Shown in pieces: positions 27,996 through 39,544 of a DNA stretch of 64,000 nucleotides (the stretch's first letter is position 1; each line of letters opens with the position of its first letter). The DNA is from a virus. Its lineage: Duplodnaviria > Caudoviricetes. The stretch is from IMG/VR virus record IMGVR_UViG_3300020577_014021; one strand, given 5' to 3'. Below the pieces are notes generated by a model. The model was not told the DNA's origin, searched no databases, and worked only from the letters and a program-made list of their open reading frames with translations. The position numbers were made by a program, and so were the translations under genes.

Positions 27996-30644
27996 CTATG
28001 AAGACAGAGTGCTTAAATCGCTGACCTTAGAGACTTGTTTATATATAATATCTTTAAAATTCTTAAAATGTTCTTTGCCACATTTGATTTTCATTTTTTC
28101 ACTACTTCTTAACTCTTGATCTTCTCCTTTGGTCTCAGCGACAAAGTATATTTTCCTTTCTCCTTTAAATACTAATGCCCAATCAGGATTATAATTACCT
28201 ATAGGCGTTTCAATTTTAAACCAAAAAGGAAGCTTAAAATAAAATTCAATATTCTCACTGCTTTCACAGTCTTTGGCAAAATTGCTTTCTACTCTTGAAT
28301 CAAGAGGAATGTAATTTTCATAAATGGTTTTTTCCGGCGCATTTATAGTATGCGTAAATTGATCAAGGTATATTTCTAATTCGTTATCCTCAAACAGTTT
28401 CATCTCATATATTTTGTCGCCAATTTTTTCATATTTAATGCCATCAATCATCAATTCGTATAATACTGATTTAATGGCACCCGCAGCATTATCCAAAAAC
28501 AATTGTGGATTCAAAAGCAATTCATTTATTCTGCCTGACTTTTTTAATATTTTTAAAATCGTACTTCTCGTCAATTCCGTTTTATTTTGAATGTACGAAA
28601 GGACATCTGGTACTTCAAACTTAAAATTATAATTGTCATTCCCATTGTTGCTTATTAATTGTCCGTCAATACCTTCATCGGTTATTAACATTTTTTTCTT
28701 TGTTGATTTGATAACGGGCTTTGTTGTCTCTGGCATTTCTCTTAATGACTTAGCCGCAGAAGCAATAAGCTCATCTGTTTTATATTCTACACTATATTGA
28801 GTGTGAAATTTTATCTTGTTCCAAATTTCAAGAAATTTAGGATCAGCTTCAAACCCTTTTCGTAAGTTAACTTTTTTTCTTTTATCTTTGTCTTTTATTC
28901 TGCCTGAAAATTGCACACCGCAATCCTGTTCAATTTCCTGTTGCAGTGTCTTAGCAAAATCTTCATATCGTTCATTGGCAATTACAGTTAGTTTATTTAT
29001 ATTCCGGTCAAAGATTCGCTGACCTGACTGATTTACAGCTAATCGCAAACCTCGGCCAATTTCTTGTCTTTTTTTAATTTCAGATTTGGTTTCATTTAAA
29101 GTACATATTTGGAACACATTGGGATTGTCCCAACCTTCACGCAGGGCTGAATGGCTGAATATGAAACGCAATGGTGTATTTAGATCAAGTAACTTTTCTT
29201 TTTCTTGCATGATAAGTTTATATGTATCATCATCCAATAGCGTTTCACCCCCTGTATCCTTTACTCTACCTTTGTTGTCTTGCGAGAAATAGCCGTTATG
29301 CACTTCTTCTTTGGTGTGAGGATTTAAGCCGCTAAATATGGGCTTTTCTAATTCCTGTTTGTAGATTTCTTCAAACCATTGCGCAAATTTCCCTTTTGTA
29401 GAATTACCATTTGCATCGTATTCTCTGTAATTTTTTACTTTGTCGATAAAAAACAAGGAAAGCACTTTAATGCCTTTTTCTTTATATGCTTTCTCTTTTT
29501 TAAGATGCTCTTCTACAGTTTTACGAATCATGAATTTCATTAATTCATCATTCATTCCGCCTTGTGATTCACCGACCTTAAGGACAATGCCATTAGATAG
29601 TTCTATTTGTTCATTTCCAAAATCAATTTCATATACTTTCAAACCGTCATATTTCGGATGTTGCTCAGATAAAATAAACAAATCTAGATTTTTTTTGTTT
29701 ACCTGTACTGACTTTCGCTTAACTCCCTCTGGTGTATTTACATCAATCTTTATCTTGGCTTTAATGTTGTTTCCAGTTCTGGTTATTGCTTCTAGTTCAA
29801 TAAAAGAAGAATTGAGATTGTTTTCACTGACTACAGAGTCAACTTCTATTTGTTTTACCAATCCTAAATCATAGGCACTAACAGGATTTAATGAATACAT
29901 TAAGTTGTATAGGTTGGTATGGGTTGCAGAATAACGCAAAGTACAAAGCGGATTTAGGTTTTGAATCGCCTTTTTTCGGATATCGGTTTCCATGTTTTGC
30001 GGTTCATCCACAATTACAATAGGATTACAGCTTTGAATAAATTCAATCGGTTTTTTACCTGTTAATTTATCATTTGCCTTGTTGATAACATTTTCATCTT
30101 TAGCAAAAGCATCAATATTGATTACTAAGATTTGTATTGCATTGCTGCCAGAAAATCCCCTAATACTGGAAATTTTTTTACTGTCATATATTTCAAAATT
30201 AATGGCCGTTTTGTCATATAAAGATTGAAAATGCTCGTGCGTAATTTGTAGATTTTTCAATACGCCTTCTCTAATAGCTACAGATGGAACTACGATGACA
30301 AACTTCTTAAATCCATAAAGTTTTTGCAACTCATAAATTGTTCTAAGATATACGTAGGTTTTGCCTGTGCCGGTTTCCATTTCCACCGAAAAATTCATGC
30401 CATGAAATTCATTGTTATCTGTTTTTATTTTATTGTGTTGTTGAATTATTTGTATGTTTGCCCAAATCTGTTCTTCGGACAAAGCAAGCTTATTTCCCAA
30501 ACCATTTTCAGAAAGAAGAGATCCGTATGAAGTCATTGAAAATTCAAAATCACCGCCTTTTAAAGGCTGTCCTTCAAATATATCAGTGATAGATTTTATC
30601 GCTTCTATCTGGTAATCTTGGTTGCTGTCGAAGTGTAGTTTCAT
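27996..30644 (-). CDS. res: type III restriction endonuclease Res subunit
   Basis: METGTGKT, DEPQ, YSATH, SALREGWDNPNVFQIC, QEIGRGLR; C-terminal YNPDWA..ETK nuclease. Confidence 0.95.
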   Translation of the reverse strand: MKLHFDSNQDYQIEAIKSITDIFEGQPLKGGDFEFSMTSYGSLLSENGLGNKLALSEEQIWANIQIIQQHNKIKTDNNEFHGMNFSVEMETGTGKTYVYLRTIYELQKLYGFKKFVIVVPSVAIREGVLKNLQITHEHFQSLYDKTAINFEIYDSKKISSIRGFSGSNAIQILVINIDAFAKDENVINKANDKLTGKKPIEFIQSCNPIVIVDEPQNMETDIRKKAIQNLNPLCTLRYSATHTNLYNLMYSLNPVSAYDLGLVKQIEVDSVVSENNLNSSFIELEAITRTGNNIKAKIKIDVNTPEGVKRKSVQVNKKNLDLFILSEQHPKYDGLKVYEIDFGNEQIELSNGIVLKVGESQGGMNDELMKFMIRKTVEEHLKKEKAYKEKGIKVLSLFFIDKVKNYREYDANGNSTKGKFAQWFEEIYKQELEKPIFSGLNPHTKEEVHNGYFSQDNKGRVKDTGGETLLDDDTYKLIMQEKEKLLDLNTPLRFIFSHSALREGWDNPNVFQICTLNETKSEIKKRQEIGRGLRLAVNQSGQRIFDRNINKLTVIANERYEDFAKTLQQEIEQDCGVQFSGRIKDKDKRKKVNLRKGFEADPKFLEIWNKIKFHTQYSVEYKTDELIASAAKSLREMPETTKPVIKSTKKKMLITDEGIDGQLISNNGNDNYNFKFEVPDVLSYIQNKTELTRSTILKILKKSGRINELLLNPQLFLDNAAGAIKSVLYELMIDGIKYEKIGDKIYEMKLFEDNELEIYLDQFTHTINAPEKTIYENYIPLDSRVESNFAKDCESSENIEFYFKLPFWFKIETPIGNYNPDWALVFKGERKIYFVAETKGEDQELRSSEKMKIKCGKEHFKNFKDIIYKQVSKVSDLSTLSS

Positions 30645-32582
30645 TTATATTGTTTTAAAATCAATTTCTGCACGTTTCATCTGTAATACTATATTTGTTT
30701 TAAGCTGATCATCACCCGCAAAAAGGTTGTCTAGAATTATTACTTTCCGAGGTTTGGATTCAATAATTTCATTGATAATAGACTGACTTATTTTTTCTAA
30801 ACTAATTATCAGTTCATTATTAACAGAATAAAAATGGTTTTTCTTCTCTACTTTATCTGTCAGTTGATAACCAGCCTTAATCATTAGTTCATAAAGAATG
30901 TTTTTTTCTTGAGCCCCTTTATTCAATGGGTTTGGAAAAGCATCTAATTGTTGCAATAAGTTTTCCTCACTAATTTCATTGCTTTTCCAAATTTTAAAAT
31001 TTGATGAAGAAAGCTTGAATACTTTGAATCCTAAATCAAGGTTATCATTGTTAAATAAATTAGGATTTTCGCCTTTTTCTTTTTTTATCTTATTAATTAC
31101 TTTTCTGATACGATCTTTGCCAATTTCTGCAATCGTTGTGTATCCTGCTTTGAGCGCCTCGCTGCTTTCATCACAAATTTCAGGAAGTTGTACTAAAATG
31201 AATTTTATTTTTTTTGACCCTGTTATTACACCTTGATTATTTAGTTCTAAAACTGCCTGACCTAAAGTTCCTGAACCACTAAAAAAGTCGAGAGCGATAA
31301 ATTCGTCTCCATCGTTCATTGAAAGAAGGTATTTTATAAGAGGGAGAGGTTTAGGATAATCAAAATGTATGTTTTCTTTTTTAAGATTTGCACTTGTAGT
31401 TTGTGTATTCCCAAGGTTAGTTATGACAGAAACAACATGACTTTGGTTTTCTTTTCTCTTTTTAATTATCTCTAAAGAACCTATTTTAGATAAAAGGAAA
31501 GTTGTTTCTTGTCCTTTGCCGTCAAGGATAGGTTTGAAATTATTATTTATAAATTCAAGAGCTAAATCTTTAGAACTCCATCCACTTTCTATAACAGTTT
31601 CGTTAACCAGTTTGAAGTTCTCTACTAAAGCATTATTCAAATAATGAGGCCAAACATTGTCTCGTTTATCAATTATTCCTTTTTCAAAATCAGTAGGAAA
31701 TCCAATTGGTAAAACAATTTCACTAACAGGATTCGCCGGACCATTTTTGACGACTGTATTTTTAATTTGTTCATTGTGTAGTTTACTGTTTGAATTTATA
31801 TTCGGATCTATAACCGGGGGATGAGGAAATAAGTCCAAATTTTTACAATAGGCAAATATATATTCATGACAATTTTTAATTTTTGCTTGATTGTCAAAAT
31901 TTCCATCTGTGCGCCAAATAAAATTAGCTAAAAAATTCTCCTCTCCAAAAATTTCATTCATTATTAACCGGAGGTTATGAACTTCATTGTCATCTATATG
32001 AACAAAAATTACACCATCATCACGTAATAAGGTTTTTGCTAAAAACAACCGAGGATACATCATGCTTAACCAATTGCTATGATAATACCCACTGTCTTTG
32101 CTGTTCTTTCTGAACATTCCTTCTTTCATTAAATGACCTTCTTCGTCTTTATCTCCTACTCGTTTTTCATAATCACTTTTATTTTCTTTGAAATTATCAG
32201 GATAAATAAAATTGTCGTTACCGGTGTTGTATGGCGGATCAATAATTATACACTTTATTTTTCCATGATAAGATTTCTGTAAAATCTTTAATACTTCGAG
32301 ATTTTCGCCTTCAATAAAAACGTTTTGCGAAGTGTCAAAATTAATAGATTCTTCAGGTACGGGTTTTAATGTAGCCGTTGTAGGAATTTGCAGGTTTTTA
32401 AATGCATCTGATTTTCCTGCCCAATTTAAAACATATCTCTCATTGGAAAAATTAATATTATCGCTAAAAACAGCCTTAAACTTTTCCATATCAATTTTGT
32501 CTTCAGAAAAAACATTTGGAAAAAGCTGCTTTAATTTTTCAATATTATCTTGTAATATATGTAGAGGTTTTCCATCCATCAT
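30645..32582 (-). CDS. mod: type III DNA methyltransferase Mod subunit
   Basis: LNWAGK, IEGENLEVLK, DPPY, WLSMMYPRL, DFFSGSGT. Confidence 0.95.
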   Translation of the reverse strand: MMDGKPLHILQDNIEKLKQLFPNVFSEDKIDMEKFKAVFSDNINFSNERYVLNWAGKSDAFKNLQIPTTATLKPVPEESINFDTSQNVFIEGENLEVLKILQKSYHGKIKCIIIDPPYNTGNDNFIYPDNFKENKSDYEKRVGDKDEEGHLMKEGMFRKNSKDSGYYHSNWLSMMYPRLFLAKTLLRDDGVIFVHIDDNEVHNLRLIMNEIFGEENFLANFIWRTDGNFDNQAKIKNCHEYIFAYCKNLDLFPHPPVIDPNINSNSKLHNEQIKNTVVKNGPANPVSEIVLPIGFPTDFEKGIIDKRDNVWPHYLNNALVENFKLVNETVIESGWSSKDLALEFINNNFKPILDGKGQETTFLLSKIGSLEIIKKRKENQSHVVSVITNLGNTQTTSANLKKENIHFDYPKPLPLIKYLLSMNDGDEFIALDFFSGSGTLGQAVLELNNQGVITGSKKIKFILVQLPEICDESSEALKAGYTTIAEIGKDRIRKVINKIKKEKGENPNLFNNDNLDLGFKVFKLSSSNFKIWKSNEISEENLLQQLDAFPNPLNKGAQEKNILYELMIKAGYQLTDKVEKKNHFYSVNNELIISLEKISQSIINEIIESKPRKVIILDNLFAGDDQLKTNIVLQMKRAEIDFKTI

Positions 32583-32829
32583 TCGCTCATCTTTTTTGCT
32601 AAATTCAACATATCGAACTTTCTTATTTGTTTGCTGTGCGCAAATAAAAGTTATATCTGATTTTGTCTACATTGATACTGATAATAAAATATAGTTTAGG
32701 CGTTCTTCTTTTTAGAGCACCTAAAAATAAATCTTTGTTCATTATTTATGAGATTAAGACTTAAAGAAATAATTATTATTTTTTGTCAATGACTGTGAGT
32801 CGATTAAAATTTGAAATTAGCCCATTACC

Positions 32830-32886
32830 GGAATAATTGTCAGTCTTACAAAGTACAACCAATAATACCCATCGTTCATTTTGCAT
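32830..32886 (-). pseudogene. phage gene truncated by the outer element
   Basis: AAGG RBS and ATG at 32886 (MQNERWVLLVVLCKTDNYS) runs into the IR at 32829. Confidence 0.45.
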
Positions 32887-32914
32887 TTAATTTACCTTTA
32901 TTTATTTTAAATTA

Positions 32915-33559
32915 TTACGCATTAGCCTGACGATGATTTAACTCATATTCATATTGCAAAAAACGCAAAACTCCAACATAATAACCGCTATAAATTTTTG
33001 CTTTATGCAATTCACATGATTGAACACGATTTTTCACTTCTTCTTTAAAATCCCAAGAAATGTATTCTGGCATCCATAAATCCTGTCTACTTTTAGCTTG
33101 ATCCATCATGGTTAAAGTACCTAATGCATTAATAAATGCACTATCTTTTTCATCACAACCAGTATGCGCAATTGCTGTACTATGCACAATTTCAAAAAAT
33201 CTATTATATTGCTTTTCTTTTTTACCTTCTAATTCTTTAACAATTTCTTTAAACTCTTCTTCTTTTCCATAATTAGCACACAGGAATATAAGCTTATCCA
33301 GAGTTGGAATTAACAATTTATAGTCTTGAATACAATATTGATGCTTTAAATGATTTAATAAATCAAAAGAAAACTTCTGTTTTGCAAATTTTAAAGCTTC
33401 TCTAATATTAACCATATTGGTCAAATACTTATATAACATTTGACGTTGTTCTATGGTTTCTAAATTATTAAGCAGTCTCAAATCTTGAAACCACTTCGGA
33501 ATTATATCACTAATAAACTTTGAAAGATTAATTTGCTCTTTTATTTCTTGATCAGTCAT
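32915..33559 (-). CDS. hypothetical protein
   Basis: 214-aa ORF with GGAG RBS. Confidence 0.6.
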   Translation of the reverse strand: MTDQEIKEQINLSKFISDIIPKWFQDLRLLNNLETIEQRQMLYKYLTNMVNIREALKFAKQKFSFDLLNHLKHQYCIQDYKLLIPTLDKLIFLCANYGKEEEFKEIVKELEGKKEKQYNRFFEIVHSTAIAHTGCDEKDSAFINALGTLTMMDQAKSRQDLWMPEYISWDFKEEVKNRVQSCELHKAKIYSGYYVGVLRFLQYEYELNHRQANA

Positions 33560-33709
33560 AAATCTCCAAATTAGGCCTACGATAAAGTGGGTTTTCTAAT
33601 ACAAAAAATCCTATTGGCCATGTAGATTTATCCTTAGTGATAAATCTATTCCAATCATTTGAACTATGCATTGTTTTTATTTCTCTGAGTTAAAATTTCA
33701 AACATATTA

Positions 33710-33949
33710 TTAATTTACCCTTGACATCTCAAAAAAATCAAAGGGGTCAATTTCTATCCATTCAACATCATTAGCAATCAATGTTGCCTCAGCATCATTT
33801 AAATTCGTCATCTTAATTCTAATGTCATGCCCATAATCAAAATAGCCACTATTATAACATGCAAACTTCCACCTGTGTGGAGAATCACCATAACGTCTCA
33901 CTAAATACCAACTACCATCCTTAAGCTCATCTCTAATTAAATTCATCAT
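33710..33949 (-). CDS. hypothetical protein (IRDEL..EWI paralog family)
   Basis: GAGGAG RBS; similar to 40358 and 47396. Confidence 0.55.
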   Translation of the reverse strand: MMNLIRDELKDGSWYLVRRYGDSPHRWKFACYNSGYFDYGHDIRIKMTNLNDAEATLIANDVEWIEIDPFDFFEMSRVN

Positions 33950-33990
33950 TATAATCTCCTCAATTTAAATTAACAAACATATTGATATAA

Positions 33991-34353
33991 TTACCAATTA
34001 CGATACAAAAGCACAACTAAAACCCATAACAATAAGAAAGACTGCAAACCCAGTATAACCCAAACTATGGTAAACATCTTGTTGTTCTTTTTATTTTGTC
34101 TTTCTAATTCACTATTAATCACACCTTTATCACAAGACAAAGGTCCAGTATAGAAATTCATAAAGTTTTTCTGATCAAGTACTGTTTTTATTTGATCAAC
34201 TTTATTTTCAATAGCATTCAAATCATTTTTAAAATTATTACCATCAAAAATAGGAATGCAACTAAACATACCATTCAAATCAACTACCCTAATAGCATTT
34301 TGAGGCTGTTCTTCGTAAGAAACTGATTTTGTATCGTCTTCATTATTTTCCAT
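33991..34353 (-). CDS. hypothetical protein with C-terminal TM
   Basis: AGGAG RBS before MENNED; hydrophobic tail. Confidence 0.55.
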   Translation of the reverse strand: MENNEDDTKSVSYEEQPQNAIRVVDLNGMFSCIPIFDGNNFKNDLNAIENKVDQIKTVLDQKNFMNFYTGPLSCDKGVINSELERQNKKNNKMFTIVWVILGLQSFLLLWVLVVLLYRNW

Positions 34354-34464
34354 AAATCTCCTTCTAACACATGTCAATACTAAAAATCAACCACTTTACC
34401 CCAAAAAGAAGCGAAAATCCCGGGGTTTTTTCAATTTTACCCCTATTTTTACCAACTAAAACAG

Positions 34465-34653
34465 CTAAGTGCTTGATTTATAACGAAACACATAAAAAAG
34501 AAGCACTTTTCCCCTATAGAAGTAAGTGAGTATACCCCCATTTATAAAATGTGAAACAAATCAATATAACCTAAATACTTGATTTATATAACAAAACACA
34601 TTTTAGATGAAACGAAACACAAAAATGAACGGTTTACCCCCTATACAAGTAAT
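34465..34653. repeat. degenerate direct repeat in the strand-switch region
   Basis: Two copies of CTAA.T.CTTGATTTATA..AACGAAACACA..TTT.CCCCTATA.AAGTAA. Confidence 0.55.
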
Positions 34654-34661
34654 GCTTTAGA

Positions 34662-34925
34662 CTAATGAAACACAACTTCACCCAATAAATGGTCAGCTAA
34701 TGATTCACCAACTAACCTAATTGCTACCAAATCATCATAATTATATTCTTGCTTAACCAATAACGTCTGCTTTATCTGCAAAATGCTCCCAATAACCCCT
34801 ACCATAATACCCTTTTGAGATTCTAATGGCAAAATATCTATCAAAGACTCACTAGACATCACTATTTCATCAATATATGCCAATAAACCATCAAGTCGCG
34901 GACCACTATCTACCTTAACCACCAT
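34662..34925 (-). CDS. hypothetical protein
   Basis: GGAGGAG RBS. Confidence 0.55.
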   Translation of the reverse strand: MVVKVDSGPRLDGLLAYIDEIVMSSESLIDILPLESQKGIMVGVIGSILQIKQTLLVKQEYNYDDLVAIRLVGESLADHLLGEVVFH

Positions 34926-35685
34926 AAATTATCTCCTCCAATAGGGTGCTCATATTACCACAGTCTACCATTACCCCCTATATCAAGCAATTATAAAATA
35001 GTCAAATGTATTATAAATATTTTAACATCTATAAAACTATAGGAAATAGGGTATAAAAAAAGTCGAAAACGCATATAACGGCAAATGCGAGGTTTTAAAC
35101 GTATAGTCAAGGGTTTGGCATAGGTAATAGGCAGATAATGGATAAGACAAGCTAATAATGCGTTTAAATAGGTAAATTTGGTACATGTAGAATTGAAAAA
35201 TCTTTTGTGCGGGGTATGATTAGGTAGTAGGTAGCCAAAAATTTAAAAAATTCACTGTAAAAAGTTGGGGGCGGGTTACTGGTACTCTTCTTGCTTGACA
35301 TGTCATTATGTAAAATACACGTTACAGAGGGCTTGCCGAACGTAACGAAATGGTGATTTGCTAGCTCCAATTTTCCCCTTTTTAACACTCCCTCTACCAA
35401 ATACATGTACCTACGCCTATCTAAACGTCCGTTTAAGACTACTTATTTAAATCTTACATATCCCTATACCCTAGTTAAAATTACCTATTAAATGACTATA
35501 TATGCAATAACGATACTTCACTACATATACTTACACCATTATCCTATGAGCCTGTAATGGCATTAAACGTTATAGTGTGTATAAGGCATTGTGAATTAAA
35601 TAATTATTTTCATTTTAATCATTACGTATGTTTGACAATTAGATAACAAACATTGTATAAATGATTTTGCATAAGGAGGAATCTG

Positions 35686-36729
35686 ATGAGTTTACAGGTT
35701 TTGTTGTATGATATTGGGAATGCCGAATATTCTTTAGATCACTTATTAGAAGATATAGTAGAGAGTATTAAAGAAACAGATGCAAAAATCATTGAGCTGC
35801 AGAAGTTAAAAAAAGAGCTGAAAGAAAAGGCTACTAACGTTTATAATCAAAGAAAACTAGTCATTGCTTTTCATGAAAATATACAGCAATATATAACAAA
35901 TAAACAAGATTATTTTGCGGAGCATTTGGAAATTTATGAAGATGAAAAAACAGAAACCTTAAAGCCTGAATGGTACCGTTACAATTGTGTAGAAAAAGAA
36001 TGGCCAGAATTTTTTGAAAATGAATATATCATTAAAAACCCTGATAATTTTGATCCTGAAGTAGTAGAAGAAGTTAAGCAAGAAATATTAGAAGCTGAAA
36101 TAAAAACAAAGGAAACTTCAGAACAAAAACAAGTAATAATTGAAGAAGATACCAAAATATCTGAAAAATCAACTGAGCAAATTGAAAATGCTATTCCTGA
36201 AGAATTACCTAAGATTGAAATAAAGATACCAAATAAACAACCTGTTGACTTTGTATATTTCCATGAAAAAAGTGGTGCGCACAAAGTTTTTGAATTAGTA
36301 GCCCTTAATGAAGTATTATCTTTTGGTGATATTCTAGAACGTGTTTCGGCTAAATATGATTGGATTACTAAAAAACAAATTGATAATGCATTAGTAGCTT
36401 TAGTTAAAAACAAAATATTTGAAAAACTTGAATATAATAAATATAAAAAAGTTTATATTGGTGAAAAATTACCTAGTACTAAATTTAATATAATGAAAGA
36501 AATACGCCGAGTAATTAGCACTTTTACAGGGGCTTTTAAACCAATAGACGTCTTAAACGGCTTAACACATTTTGAAACGTCTACAAAAGCCAATAAAATG
36601 CGTGAAGAATTACGTTACCAAGTTAAACAGGGGAAATTATTATGCCACCGTGAAAAAAGTGGTACTGTTTTTTATACGCCTGTAGGACATAGCTTTCCAA
36701 ATGTAATTAAATTTCCACAAGCAGCTTAA
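35686..36729 (+). CDS. coiled-coil + winged-HTH protein
   Basis: First gene after the 35632 promoter; N-terminal heptads, acidic linker, two wHTH-like segments. Confidence 0.55.
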   Translation: MSLQVLLYDIGNAEYSLDHLLEDIVESIKETDAKIIELQKLKKELKEKATNVYNQRKLVIAFHENIQQYITNKQDYFAEHLEIYEDEKTETLKPEWYRYNCVEKEWPEFFENEYIIKNPDNFDPEVVEEVKQEILEAEIKTKETSEQKQVIIEEDTKISEKSTEQIENAIPEELPKIEIKIPNKQPVDFVYFHEKSGAHKVFELVALNEVLSFGDILERVSAKYDWITKKQIDNALVALVKNKIFEKLEYNKYKKVYIGEKLPSTKFNIMKEIRRVISTFTGAFKPIDVLNGLTHFETSTKANKMREELRYQVKQGKLLCHREKSGTVFYTPVGHSFPNVIKFPQAA

Positions 36730-36873
36730 CAAAACTATCAAGGAATAAAATTAATTTATAAATACAATAATTGGTTTCTTCATATTAGGATTAATGTTAC
36801 TACTCATTTACATTTTAAGGGACTGGTATCATTTTAAACAAAAAGTAATTAAATCTTAAAGGATAAGAACAAC

Positions 36874-37299
36874 ATGCTAGGCGAATGGATAAAACAATGC
36901 ATAGCTGATTCTGAAAAACAAAAATATATGTCTTTTAAAGATATTTGTGCTTTATTAAGCAAATTTAAAAACCTACAAAAAGGCTGGTATGATGGTTTGC
37001 AAGGTGAACCTATATTAAATACCTTTATTGATTGTGTACATAAATTCCTTTATAACTTAGCTTATGAAACACCAATAGGTAAAATATTTATTTACCCTAT
37101 GCTTAATGGTGGTATAAGGGCTGAATTTGATTGGCATGGTTGGTGTATTTCAATTGAATTTTATGACATTACAAAACCAGCCTATTTACATGCTAGTACC
37201 TTAGGTAATGATAAACCAAAACAATTTATTATCCCTGATTGGTATGTTTACCCTGAATTCTTTGGGGTAACTGAATTTTTATGGGCTATTGCAACTTAA
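36874..37299 (+). CDS. hypothetical protein (W.G..G.PI / P...G.I..EW family)
   Basis: Similar to 43571-43960. Confidence 0.55.
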   Translation: MLGEWIKQCIADSEKQKYMSFKDICALLSKFKNLQKGWYDGLQGEPILNTFIDCVHKFLYNLAYETPIGKIFIYPMLNGGIRAEFDWHGWCISIEFYDITKPAYLHASTLGNDKPKQFIIPDWYVYPEFFGVTEFLWAIAT

Positions 37300-39544
37300 A
37301 AATAAATTTACTTTTTTAGTTGACATCTTTTTGTTTTATGGTAGTATTGATTCATAAGTTGTCATTGATGAACACCAAATGCTGAAAGAAAATTATGCAT
37401 CCAAACAATTATAAAACTCTTCGCGGTTTAACAAAAGCTACTGAAAATATTTTAAAAATAAAAAAAGATAATCCTTTGGCTAAAATTCCAGGAATGAGCA
37501 TAGGATTGTGGTTAATTAATGCAAAATATCACGCTAAAACACATTTCAACGCTGAAAATACTATTAACGATTTAATTAAAAAATACGCAATAACTAAAAT
37601 AGGCGATTTATTAGCAATTGGGGAATCTGCCCTTTCTTCTCCTTTTGAAAACATTGATAGAGAATATATCGAGGGAGATAATATTCCTGGGGTTGGTATT
37701 ATACAAGAAATATACGGGGAACAATACAGAATTAATAATCAATGGTATCATAAACGTTGTTTTGGAAAATAAATAGCTTACCAGATTTTTGTTTTATGGT
37801 ATTTTTTATTTATAAGTTGGTAGCAAGAAGTAAAAAACAAACGTTGAAATGGATAAGGAAATTAGAAAATGAATACCAAACAACAAATAAAAATTGGCCA
37901 AATATGGGAAGAAAACGATCCACGTTTTAAAAGAAACGTAGCAGTAATAGATATTGATTTTATAGATCAAAATGTTTTTGTTCAAACCATCAGTAATGCT
38001 GGTTATAATCATAGAAAAGAATGGGTATCATTGCCAGTCGGAAAGAAAAGTCGTAACAATATTTCTCGTTTTGTTAAGCATTACACATTAGTCCAAAAAT
38101 AAATATTATGCCTATTATTCTACCAATTATTCTACCAATACAAGACAATCATCCCATGAATCCAGTTGAAGCCGTTTTATTGCTATTGATGATATTTGCT
38201 TTTATATTTATACATATAAGCGATATTTATGAAAATAAATTTACTCAACTTATTGGATATATAGGTTGGTTATTTATATACATTCTTATAGGTATTTGTA
38301 TTTTAACTCCTATTGTAATTATATTAAATAGCTTTGGAATACATCCATAAACATGAACCTAAAAGACTTAGAACAACAACTAGCCTACATTCGTTCTTTA
38401 GGGGCTACAGACGATGCTGAAATTATGTTTGGCCCTGATCACCGTGTAGCTGAAAATAAAATAGAAGTTGTTTTCTTTCCAGCTAGAGATAGACATGAAT
38501 ACAAACGCGATAAAAATTGCAAGAATTTAGTGGCTTTTTTATACAATAAAAATGGTAGCATTCATTCTTAAAAAAATAAAAACATAAAGAAAAAATATAT
38601 AATAGCCTTGACATCTTGTTATAATTCGTTAGAATACATTTATAACGCTGAAACAAATACTGGAAATAATATGCACAATTATAAGATTATAGATAAACAC
38701 TTTTTAAATCAAAACACTACTAAAGATGAATGGACAGACATCACAGCAGATTCTGTTGATGGTGCTGCAGGAAAATACATACATAATTTTTATCAATTTA
38801 AGCCAAAAGATGGAGAAATTATTACTTTGCAAATCATAGATCAAAATAACCAAACTTACGAAGTTAATTTAACTGCTAAGCATACCATTAATTATTTATT
38901 TCATACAAAAAGAATTAAATGAAAAAGGAAAGATATAAATTTTTATGATTTTTACTATATTAATGGCATTGTTAATATTTTTCTTTGCATGGGATGTGTT
39001 TTGGTTTGTTAAATGGTATAAATTACAAATCAAACATATGGAAAATGAAAAAAACAATAAATTAATTCAAAATAACAGCTCACTTGAATCAATTCCAATT
39101 GAAGAATTGCCTTTAATTCAAGTGAAATATCAAGATTATAATTCTGAAGAAACAATTACATGTGACATATATAATGAAAATGATTTAGAAAACTGTTTAA
39201 CTACATTATGTAACAATTACAAAAAATGTTCTTATGAAGAATTGTTTGAATCAAATATGAAAACTGTGGCTAATTGTTTGTTGAATTCAATAGAACAAAC
39301 AACTCCTAATATTTTACATGATGGCATGAATAACCATATTTTTTTACGTGCAAATAAACTTAAACAAATTGCAAATTATTTAAAAGACAAACTTCAAAAT
39401 CAAAATTTCGCTTATTTAAATGATTTACCAGAAGTAAAACAATAAATTAACGCAGAAAGCCCAGTTTTAAAAAAATAGGATTAAGTAAAGAAAGAAGAAT
39501 ACAAGAAGTATTAAGCGCTGAAAACATAGGAGATAATACATAAT

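Larger units (their letters stand above)
20668..32829. mobile_element. outer IS1-family cargo transposon (left end deleted), carrying type III R-M
   Basis: Right end 32814-32829 reads GGTAATGGGCTAATTT on the - strand, similar to the inner IR GGTCATGTCCTAATTT; same gene core as the inner element; no left IR or TSD copy seen. Confidence 0.75.

Noticed and set aside
30645-32582. Phase-variable simple repeat in mod
   Set aside because: No tandem repeat tract seen; the frame is intact.
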